Assembly (NCBI GenBank): GCA_018608625.1 | Contig: JABAZC010000003.1 | Location: forward strand, 3,801 to 67,800 | Length of the DNA stretch: 64,000 nt | Source: Flavobacteriaceae bacterium | Lineage (GTDB): Bacteria; Bacteroidota; Bacteroidia; Flavobacteriales; Flavobacteriaceae | Direction: 5' to 3' | Shown: piece by piece, positions 56,849 to 64,000 of the stretch | Layout of the letters: each line of letters opens with the position of its first letter | How positions within the stretch are numbered: position 1 is the first letter of the stretch | The notes under the pieces: generated by a model | The model's database searches: none | What the model was told of the DNA's origin: nothing | The model's input: the letters and a program-made list of their open reading frames with translations, nothing else | Translations under genes and position numbers: made by a program

Positions 56849-57916
56849 TGAAAAGCTTGGGTTGCTTATAAATTCCTCGTCCGTTAAGGAGAGAAGAAAG
56901 GCTTTAAGGTTTGCTTTTTCTTGAGGGCTTAGTTGAACACCTCCTTGAGCCACTTTTTTCATTAAAGGATCTATAGTGGGTGAATTTTGTAGGCCTTCGC
57001 TGTAGTGATTAATGACCTCGTCTATGGTTGAGAATCGCCCGTCGTGCATATATGGCGCTGTGAAGATTAAGTTTCTCAACGACGGAGATTTGAATTTTCC
57101 GTTATCAGAAGGGTCCCCGGTAACTCTTCCAAGCCCAAGGTCTGTTAGGCTTGAGTCTAATCCATTATTATGGAATTTATTATCCGTCCACAGTGGGTTA
57201 TTTTCACTGCCATGACAATGAAAACAATCGCCTTTTGATTCATCCATGAAAATATTAAATCCATTGATTTCTTGCATAGTTAAGTTGCTATTTCCCAGTA
57301 AATAAGCATCAAATTTTGAGTTTGCAGATATAAGAGTTCTTTCAAACTGAGCGATGGCTCTTGAAACCAAAACGGAATCAATAGAGATGCTTCCAAAAGC
57401 AGCCTCAAAAAGTAGTGGATACTCTGAGTTTTGTGAAAGTTTTTCTGTTACTTCGGGCCAAGAGGTATGCATTTCAATAGGGTTTGTAATGGGCTCAAAA
57501 GCTTGATTTTCAAGTCCCGATTCACGCCCGTCCCAGAAAAATGCATCTTCGTAATTCCATGCCAAATTAAATAAAGGCATTACATTTCTGTCTCCAAAAA
57601 AACCATCAATCCCTTCACTAAATCGGTTGTTATTTGTAAAGGCATTTTCAGGGTTATGACAGCTGGCACATGCTTGGGTATTATCTGCAGAGAGCAGGGG
57701 GTCATAAAATAATTTTCTTCCAAGGAAAATCCCTTCTTCTGTTTGCGGGTTGTCGGGTGGCACAATAGGATTAAGAATGAGAGATTCAAATAGTTGAGGT
57801 ACTTGCAAAGGACTAGGTGTTGTTGTATTCACATAAGAACTGACAGATTCTTTATTGCAAGATAAGGCTGAGAGAGTTAATAAAAATAAGATTACATATG
57901 ATTTTAGGTTCTTCAT
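56840..57916 (-). CDS. Di-haem cytochrome c peroxidase family lipoprotein (CCP/MauG/MbnH-like)
   Basis: Lipobox LSALSCNK. Two CxxCH haem motifs (CASCHNP and CFHCHG). ..PSLRN...TAPYMHDG.. is typical of bacterial di-haem peroxidases. Confidence 0.85.
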   Translation of the reverse strand: MKNLKSYVILFLLTLSALSCNKESVSSYVNTTTPSPLQVPQLFESLILNPIVPPDNPQTEEGIFLGRKLFYDPLLSADNTQACASCHNPENAFTNNNRFSEGIDGFFGDRNVMPLFNLAWNYEDAFFWDGRESGLENQAFEPITNPIEMHTSWPEVTEKLSQNSEYPLLFEAAFGSISIDSVLVSRAIAQFERTLISANSKFDAYLLGNSNLTMQEINGFNIFMDESKGDCFHCHGSENNPLWTDNKFHNNGLDSSLTDLGLGRVTGDPSDNGKFKSPSLRNLIFTAPYMHDGRFSTIDEVINHYSEGLQNSPTIDPLMKKVAQGGVQLSPQEKANLKAFLLSLTDEEFISNPSFSNP

Positions 57917-57922
57917 TAGGTC

Positions 57923-58693
57923 TTAGTCATTAAGATTCAAAGTAAATACATTTTGTCCATTTTCATACATCTTTATTTGAGCTTCAGAGTTTGGCATTAG
58001 CATTTGATTATACTCGTTAAGGTTCCAGGTATTCGGGTTTTTAAACCATTCAGCAATATTCATGGCAATATTAACTTCAGCATCCCCTCCAACAGTAACA
58101 GCTCCTAAATCAACTCTAAAAAAGGTGTCTTGAGGAAAACTAGGGGTTTCTCCATGGTTGTCTGCAGCTCTAATAGCGTGGTAATTATAGCCTTGTTCTT
58201 CATTGTCACCAGTTAAAAATTTCCCATCCATCTGCATGAAATGATAGCCACCGCCAAGCATTGAAGGAACGTTCCAAGATTCCGAATTTAGATCTGTGTA
58301 ACCTCCATCAGTGTTTTTTTCGTTTGTGAACCCAAATATAAATGAGATGTTACTGTAAGCCCCCGTGTCTATTAGATCTGTAGGCATGTATTCTAGAGAG
58401 TTTTCATTCGAAAGGTCCACTAAACTATAACCCTCCAATACAACAGTTTGTCCATTGTTCTTTGTCAAAACAACATCGGAAATAAGGTAGCGCAAGCGCT
58501 CGATACTCAAAACCGTTCCGTAGGAGTTTGTGTAGTTGAATAAGTTGAAGTCTGAGTTTGTGAGTTGGATACCATCCCAGTGATGAACAAACTTTATGCT
58601 TAGAGTCGATTGAGTCGTATTGTCTTTTAAATCAGTATTACAGCCAAATAGTATTATAGTTACAAAGGTTAAAAAAAGAGGATTCAGTTTCAT
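57923..58693 (-). CDS. MbnP-like lipoprotein (partner of the MbnH-like peroxidase)
   Basis: Lipobox IILFGCNT. 256 aa. ..SIKFVHHWDG.., ..GGGYHFMQMDGKF.. resemble Bacteroidota proteins annotated as the MbnP family. It lies immediately upstream (6 nt) of a di-haem peroxidase, the diagnostic MbnP-MbnH arrangement. Confidence 0.55.
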   Translation of the reverse strand: MKLNPLFLTFVTIILFGCNTDLKDNTTQSTLSIKFVHHWDGIQLTNSDFNLFNYTNSYGTVLSIERLRYLISDVVLTKNNGQTVVLEGYSLVDLSNENSLEYMPTDLIDTGAYSNISFIFGFTNEKNTDGGYTDLNSESWNVPSMLGGGYHFMQMDGKFLTGDNEEQGYNYHAIRAADNHGETPSFPQDTFFRVDLGAVTVGGDAEVNIAMNIAEWFKNPNTWNLNEYNQMLMPNSEAQIKMYENGQNVFTLNLND

Positions 58694-60042
58694 TTTATCT
58701 TGAGTATTAAAAGATCTGTAAAGCCCTTGTTTTCTGTAATATCTTCATTTGAGCTGTTAGAGTCACCAATAGCCACAATAGATCCATCTGTTAATTCGAC
58801 AGCTTCATAGAAAAAGTCAACTTCACTGCCTCCAATTGTTTTCTGCCACTCTAAGTTACCGTTGCTATTTATTTTTATGATTAAAGCGTCGTTTTGTCCT
58901 TTATTATTAGTAAGATCGCCATCTAAACTTCTTGAGCTTCCGGCAATTAAAAACCCATCATCCTGTGTTTTTGAAACTGACCTACCGACGTCAAAGCTGC
59001 TCCCCCCAAAAGTTTTTTCCCATAACAAAGCCCCTTCTGGGCTAATTTTAATCATCCATAGGTCTGCTGCTCCATTATTTTGAGAAACATCCAAATTAGC
59101 GCTTCTGGTGTCTCCAACTACTAAATAATTACCATCTGCTGTTTGACTTATTGAGCGTGCTTCATCAACTTGGTTCCCTCCAAATGATTTTTCCCAAATG
59201 AGATCTCCAGTTTCAGAGAGATTAATCACCCAGAAATCATAAGTTCCTTTATTATTTGAGATATCAACATCTCCACTATCGGATGAGCCTACGACAATAT
59301 ACCCGTTATCATCTGTTTGAATGGCATCATAAGCAGTATCGGTAAAGGTTCCCCCAAAGTAGTTGCTCCATTCTTTAATGCCATTGGCATTTAATTTAAT
59401 TACCCAATAGTCTCCACCAGCATGCCTGTGTGATATATTAGACCTTCTGTCACCTTGGCCGTTTGATGCCGACACATCCAAAACTCCAGAGAGTAAGTAA
59501 CCATTATCGTTTGTTTGTATAATGGAGTAGGGGACGTCACTTCCTGCGTATCCAAAGGCATACTCAAAGGAAATGGCTCCATTTTCATCTAATTTAGTCA
59601 TCCAAAAGTCATCATAACCTTCATTTTGTGAGACATCTCCGTCACCACTTTTACTTTTCCCAATAACCGCATAACCACCATCATTCGTCTGGATTAGGTC
59701 GGTACCCCGATCGTCCGCAGTGCCCCCAAAGGTTCTTTGCCATTCCAACTCATTAGAGGCGTTAAATTTTAAAAGCCAGTAATCATAGGATTCATTAGAT
59801 TTTCCTTCTAAATCCCCATCTATACTTTGGGTATGACCTATAATAGCATAGCCACCATCTAGTGTCTGAGTCACAGATTGGCCACTTTCGTTTTTAGTGC
59901 CCCCTAAAGTTGAAATAGAGTCAATTTCTAAATTAAAATGACTGTTGTCTTGAGAATCATTTTCTCTAGAGCATTCAAAAAAAAGCATGCTTGTAAGCAA
60001 ACAAATCAGTAATGAATAATAGTTGTAAATATTAAGATACAT
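58690..60042 (-). CDS. Lipoprotein built from about 8 tandem ~48-aa repeats (predicted beta-propeller)
   Basis: Lipobox-like MLFFECS. Repeat unit: (Q)T.DGGY...G.T.S.DGD......G..D.W..K....G...W...FGG...D, recurring 8 times. The TGA overlaps the ATG of the MbnP-like gene (ATGA). Confidence 0.65.
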   Translation of the reverse strand: MYLNIYNYYSLLICLLTSMLFFECSRENDSQDNSHFNLEIDSISTLGGTKNESGQSVTQTLDGGYAIIGHTQSIDGDLEGKSNESYDYWLLKFNASNELEWQRTFGGTADDRGTDLIQTNDGGYAVIGKSKSGDGDVSQNEGYDDFWMTKLDENGAISFEYAFGYAGSDVPYSIIQTNDNGYLLSGVLDVSASNGQGDRRSNISHRHAGGDYWVIKLNANGIKEWSNYFGGTFTDTAYDAIQTDDNGYIVVGSSDSGDVDISNNKGTYDFWVINLSETGDLIWEKSFGGNQVDEARSISQTADGNYLVVGDTRSANLDVSQNNGAADLWMIKISPEGALLWEKTFGGSSFDVGRSVSKTQDDGFLIAGSSRSLDGDLTNNKGQNDALIIKINSNGNLEWQKTIGGSEVDFFYEAVELTDGSIVAIGDSNSSNEDITENKGFTDLLILKIK

Positions 60043-60045
60043 AGC

Positions 60046-61290
60046 TTAAAAATCACTTCTTCTTATTATAAATAAACCTCTATCAATATCGCTAATTATA
60101 ATGTTTTCACTTGCGAAGAATGGGTATACATTCCATACACCGTCAAATGCAGCATTGTCATTCTCTGGATATGTGTCAAAAAAACCAATTTCAGATAGTA
60201 GATTGTTTTCAATTTGAGACAAATCTAACACACGAATTCCTGCCGTATAATTTGCTAAATAATAATTATCCCCATTTGGATATCCGTTGTGATCAATTGC
60301 TAGAGTAGGTCCTAAATAGTCAAAATCATAAACAGGATTATCTAAGTCTGAGAAATCAAAGACAAGGGTACGGGTGTTTGTTCCAATATTTAATTCATCT
60401 TTTTCATCGCCTACTATAAAGTGGTTTAAATCTTCAGTAAACCAGCCTTGGTGGGTATAACCTGTGTTTGAATAGGCTATAGTTGAAATCGTGACTGGGT
60501 TAGCTTTCTCAGTGACATCGGCTATTACAATCTCATTTTCATTACTTCCTACTAATATTTCTCTTCCATTGTAATCGGTATCCGCTCCCGCATAATTAAT
60601 CACTTGAGCATCGTGAGAATACCCTCCGTCACCAAATCCGCCTTCTGATATGGGCGCTGTAGGGTTTTGAATGTTGATAAATAGGGCCCCTCCAGAGAAG
60701 GGCCCATTTCGATTTGTACCCACTACATAGGCATATCCAGAGGATTCATTGATTACAATATTATGCGCGCTCCCAAAGTCTGTAAAATGGGTGTCAGCAG
60801 TAAATAGTTCTGGAGCGGCAGTGACATCTCTAAGTCTGGTAAGGTCAAAAACTTGCATCCCATGTCCTGGAGCTTCACTTACAATAAAGGCATGATTTTG
60901 ATATACTTTTATATCTCTCCAAGAACTGTTTACCGTTGCTGTGGGAAGTACGCCAAGTAAAAACGGCAGAGATGGGTCGCTTATGTCAACAAAGGCAGCG
61001 TGAGAGGATAGGCCAACTAAAGCATATTCCTTGTTAGTATTTGGATCGGTCCATCCCCATGAATCATTTCCTGAAATACTTCCGTTGTTTACACCCTCGG
61101 GAGTTAAATCCTGTAAAGACAAGTAGCTCATAAGGTCATAGCCTCCACAGGGATAGATGTCAGCGATTCCATTTTCGCAGGGCCAGCTAGCAGTAAAGAT
61201 TGGGGGGGCTATATATGGTCCATAAGTTTCATTTTCACAAGAGCTTGATAGTCCAACAATAATGCACAGAATTAAAAGAGGGGCTTTCAT
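60046..61290 (-). CDS. Choice-of-anchor-B / LVIVD-repeat-like beta-propeller lipoprotein
   Basis: From ATG 61290: MKAPLLILCIIVGLSSSC (lipobox). ..GNDSWGWTDPNTNKEYALVG.., ..YQNHAFIVSEAPGHGMQVFDL.., ..SGYAYVVGTN.. are LVIVD-type blades. The family name is from recall and needs HMM confirmation. Confidence 0.5.
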   Translation of the reverse strand: MKAPLLILCIIVGLSSSCENETYGPYIAPPIFTASWPCENGIADIYPCGGYDLMSYLSLQDLTPEGVNNGSISGNDSWGWTDPNTNKEYALVGLSSHAAFVDISDPSLPFLLGVLPTATVNSSWRDIKVYQNHAFIVSEAPGHGMQVFDLTRLRDVTAAPELFTADTHFTDFGSAHNIVINESSGYAYVVGTNRNGPFSGGALFINIQNPTAPISEGGFGDGGYSHDAQVINYAGADTDYNGREILVGSNENEIVIADVTEKANPVTISTIAYSNTGYTHQGWFTEDLNHFIVGDEKDELNIGTNTRTLVFDFSDLDNPVYDFDYLGPTLAIDHNGYPNGDNYYLANYTAGIRVLDLSQIENNLLSEIGFFDTYPENDNAAFDGVWNVYPFFASENIIISDIDRGLFIIRRSDF

Positions 61291-61414
61291 GTAGTGTGAT
61301 TTAAAAGTTAAATGGAGCATCTAATCTACATTAAAAACTGAAGACAAGCCAAAAACAATGGAATTACTTGTGAAATCTCTATAAAATCTACTAAAAGCGC
61401 CTTATTTTTACAGA

Positions 61415-62473
61415 ATGATAGAAGATAAAAACCAAGAACATACATCTCTAGGCTCGCTAGGAGAATTTGGGCTAATAGAACATTTAACCAATAAATTTAA
61501 GACTAAAAATGCTTCAACTCTAAAAGGGATTGGGGATGATGCTGCCGTGTTAGATTTTAAAAATAAATCGGTTGTATTAACAACTGATTTATTGGTGGAA
61601 GGAATTCATTTCGACCTGAGTTATATGCCCTTAAAACACTTGGGTTATAAAGCGGTTGTGGTCAATTTATCTGATGTTTACGCAATGAATGCTAATGCGA
61701 CCCAAATAACAGTTTCCATTGCTGTTTCTAATCGATTCTCGTTGGAGGCTTTAGAAGCTCTTTACGATGGAATCCATAAAGCTGCAGAAGTGTACGGCGT
61801 TGATGTTGTAGGTGGCGATACGACTTCATCTAAAACGGGTCTTATGATTTCTATCACGGCTCTTGGAGAAGTAGATTTAGAATCTGTAGTAAAACGAAGT
61901 GGTGCTCAGTTAAATGATTTATTAGTAGTTAGTGGGGATTTAGGCGGGGCTTACTTGGGACTTCAAGTTTTGGAACGTGAAAAACAGGTTTTTAAAGTGA
62001 ACCCAAATAGTCAACCTGATTTAGACAATTATACATATATCATTGAACGTCAGTTAAAGCCAGAAGCTCGAAAGGATATTATAAAACTTCTTAAGGATCT
62101 TGATGTTTTGCCGACTTCTATGATTGATATTAGCGATGGCTTGTCGTCAGAGATTATCCACTTGTGCAAACAAAGCGAGGCAGGTTGTGATTTGTATGAA
62201 ACAAAGATTCCCCTAGATCCTCAAGTTATATCAACATGTGAAGAGTTTAATATGGATAGCACTACAGTTGCCCTAAACGGAGGTGAAGATTATGAACTAT
62301 TAATGACAATTTCTCAAAAAGATTTCCCAAAAATTAAAGGCAACCCAAACTTAACGGTTATTGGATATATGACCGATGCGAGAAATGGAATGAACTTAGT
62401 AACTCGTGGTGAAGCTAAAATTCCTTTAACTGCTCAAGGCTGGAATTCTTTGGACTCGGATTCAGAATCATAA
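61415..62473 (+). CDS. thiL: Thiamine-monophosphate kinase
   Basis: ..IGDDAAVL.., ..TTDLLVEGIHF.., ..GGDTTSS.., ..GGEDYELL.. are the AIR-synthase-related ThiL motifs. Confidence 0.9.
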   Translation: MIEDKNQEHTSLGSLGEFGLIEHLTNKFKTKNASTLKGIGDDAAVLDFKNKSVVLTTDLLVEGIHFDLSYMPLKHLGYKAVVVNLSDVYAMNANATQITVSIAVSNRFSLEALEALYDGIHKAAEVYGVDVVGGDTTSSKTGLMISITALGEVDLESVVKRSGAQLNDLLVVSGDLGGAYLGLQVLEREKQVFKVNPNSQPDLDNYTYIIERQLKPEARKDIIKLLKDLDVLPTSMIDISDGLSSEIIHLCKQSEAGCDLYETKIPLDPQVISTCEEFNMDSTTVALNGGEDYELLMTISQKDFPKIKGNPNLTVIGYMTDARNGMNLVTRGEAKIPLTAQGWNSLDSDSES

Positions 62474-62477
62474 CAAC

Positions 62478-63041
62478 TTAGTTCCAGTGAAGACTTTCAA
62501 TCAGATGAATCATGTCTTTTTGAATGTACTTAATGGCTGGAAATATAGAATCGTAGTTAGGTTCTGTTTCAAAATAAAGAGCTCCTGATAAAAAATGTTT
62601 ACTACTATCAGTTACATAAAACTGAGATTGAGAGGCGACATTTCCTTTAATGTCATAAAACATTCCATATATTTCCCGCCGGTCATCATCATACTTTCGC
62701 TCTGAAATCTCGTCTGCTATCTGCAGATGTTTTTGAGTCATTTTTCTAGCGTCAGCGATGTGTTTTTTTAAGTTGTTATTCACTTTTTTATAGTTAATAA
62801 AAATAGAAGCTTTTAGGGTTGGGTAGCTAATAATAACCCCCTTCAATATGTTGTTTTTTTTAGAAACAGACAGTCGCGAAAGTCTATTTTTTTCGAACTC
62901 AAAAGGCAGCTCCTTTATCAAGCTTTCGTGGTAGGACGCTTTTGGATAGTCCAAACTCAAAAACGCTTTTGGTTTTGGAACCAAAACTTCGTCGCAAGAG
63001 AAACAAATTAATACAAACAAAAGAACAACGTATGGTTTCAT
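62478..63041 (-). CDS. gldD: Gliding motility lipoprotein GldD
   Basis: Lipobox LICFSCD. 187 aa. ..PKPKAFLSLDYPKASY.. matches the GldD N-terminus as I recall it. It lies directly downstream of gldE with a TAATG one-base overlap, as in Flavobacterium johnsoniae. Confidence 0.75.
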   Translation of the reverse strand: MKPYVVLLFVLICFSCDEVLVPKPKAFLSLDYPKASYHESLIKELPFEFEKNRLSRLSVSKKNNILKGVIISYPTLKASIFINYKKVNNNLKKHIADARKMTQKHLQIADEISERKYDDDRREIYGMFYDIKGNVASQSQFYVTDSSKHFLSGALYFETEPNYDSIFPAIKYIQKDMIHLIESLHWN

Positions 63042-64000
63042 TATTTTTTTAAAGTTACTTTTAATTGTTTAATGCGTTTATTGCTAAGCGCTTCCACAGT
63101 GAACGTATACGTCTTAAAATTAATTTTACTATTTAATTTTGGAAAGCTTTTTGAAATTTCAAGTACAAATCCAGCTAAGGTTTCTGCTTCTCCTTTTTCA
63201 TCTTCAAAGATCGATTCATTACTAAGCTTGGTAATTCTGTAGAAGTCTTTTAGAGTCGTTTTACCTTCGAAAACAAAGTTATAGGCATCTAATTTGGAAT
63301 AAATCAAATCGTCATCATCAAATTCATCACTAATATCGCCTACGATTTCTTCGATAATATCTTCCAGCGATACCACGCCTGAAGTGCCGCCATACTCATC
63401 AACCACTACAGCCAAGTGTATTTTTTTTTCTTGAAACTCGACCATTAAATCATCCAGTTTTTTGTTTTCAGGCACAAAAAAAGGGGTTCTCAGTAAAGTA
63501 GTCCAGTCAAATTTTTTCTTTTGAAGGTGGGGTAATAAATCTTTCACATACAAAATACCCGTTACGCTATCAATACTGTCTTTATAAACAGGAATTCGAG
63601 AATAGCCATTTTTTATAATTTCCGAGATTATTTCACTGTATTTAGCCGACTCGTCTAAAGCAAAAATATCAATACGTGGGCGCATTACTTGTTTGGTGTC
63701 TGTATTGCCAAATGACACAATTCCTTGGAGTATTTTTTGTTCTTCTTTCGTAGTATCCTCATTGCTGGCTAGTTCAAGCGCCTGTGATAAGTATCCCACA
63801 TTAAGAGTAGATTTTTGTTTTCCTAGTTTTTTATGAATTCCCAATGTTATTCGTTGCATAGGAATGCTAATAGGTGAAATGATTATATCCAGAACCTTTA
63901 GTGGGTATGCCATAAATTTTGAAAACTTTAAGTTATTTCTATTGGCATACACCTTGGGAAGTATTTCCCCAATAAATAAGATTAAAAACGTAATTAAAAC
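63041..64000 (-). CDS. gldE: Gliding motility protein GldE (DUF21-CBS pair-CorC/HlyC family), N-terminus beyond the window edge
   Basis: The frame is open to nt 64000 (..VLITFLILFIGEILPKVYANRNN..). CBS pair, then C-terminal ..LAGFVLE...FP.......F..YTFTVEA....RI..LKV. gldE-gldD synteny. Confidence 0.8.
   Translation of the reverse strand, partial: VLITFLILFIGEILPKVYANRNNLKFSKFMAYPLKVLDIIISPISIPMQRITLGIHKKLGKQKSTLNVGYLSQALELASNEDTTKEEQKILQGIVSFGNTDTKQVMRPRIDIFALDESAKYSEIISEIIKNGYSRIPVYKDSIDSVTGILYVKDLLPHLQKKKFDWTTLLRTPFFVPENKKLDDLMVEFQEKKIHLAVVVDEYGGTSGVVSLEDIIEEIVGDISDEFDDDDLIYSKLDAYNFVFEGKTTLKDFYRITKLSNESIFEDEKGEAETLAGFVLEISKSFPKLNSKINFKTYTFTVEALSNKRIKQLKVTLKK

Noticed and set aside
1-64000. 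Scan for CRISPR arrays, transposases, integrases, toxin-antitoxin pairs, restriction-modification or other known defence modules
   Set aside because: I saw no regularly spaced direct repeats and no proteins with the corresponding motifs. The only repeats are intragenic (protein-domain repeats) and the paired TBDR leaders.

Overview
AT-rich, densely packed chromosomal segment from a Flavobacteriia (Bacteroidota) genome. The lineage call rests on SprA, GldD/GldE, a PorP/SprF-like gene, a type-B T9SS C-terminal sorting domain, TAnnTTTG-type -7 promoter boxes and the absence of Shine-Dalgarno sequences. I support about 58 CDS, one tRNA-Ser(GGA), several clear rho-independent terminators and a few promoter boxes. 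Most of the window is core housekeeping: sprA (5'-truncated by the window edge), gcvH, tonB, tatD, ansA, exbB-exbD-exbD, ileS-traR/dksA-lspA, rimK, uvrC, kynA-like TDO, an M23 peptidase, pgi, hflX, a complete suf Fe-S operon, thiL, and gldD/gldE (gldE truncated at the 3' window edge). Three loci look accessory and are the best places to look for new biology. (1) 56.8-61.3 kb holds a tightly coupled operon of four predicted lipoproteins: a choice-of-anchor-B/LVIVD-like propeller, an 8x ~48-aa repeat propeller, an MbnP-like protein and a di-haem MbnH/CCP-like peroxidase. It sits outside any methanobactin context. (2) 29.6-39.0 kb holds two tandem paralogous SusD-less TonB-dependent receptors with near-identical translation-initiation regions, an internally repetitive lipoprotein, a secreted endonuclease I with tandem Ig/cadherin-like modules, and a convergent secreted EEP-family nuclease. 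This is a candidate extracellular nucleic-acid scavenging locus. (3) 39.5-47.1 kb holds a classical T9SS type-B cargo / PorP-SprF / OmpA operon whose 1567-aa cargo starts with an unassigned, tandemly duplicated Cys-bounded 'DSYGDGWNG' module. I see no CRISPR array, transposase, integrase, prophage or recognisable defence system. I cannot show that any of these loci is truly undescribed without database searches. All family assignments come from motif recognition by eye, not from searches.
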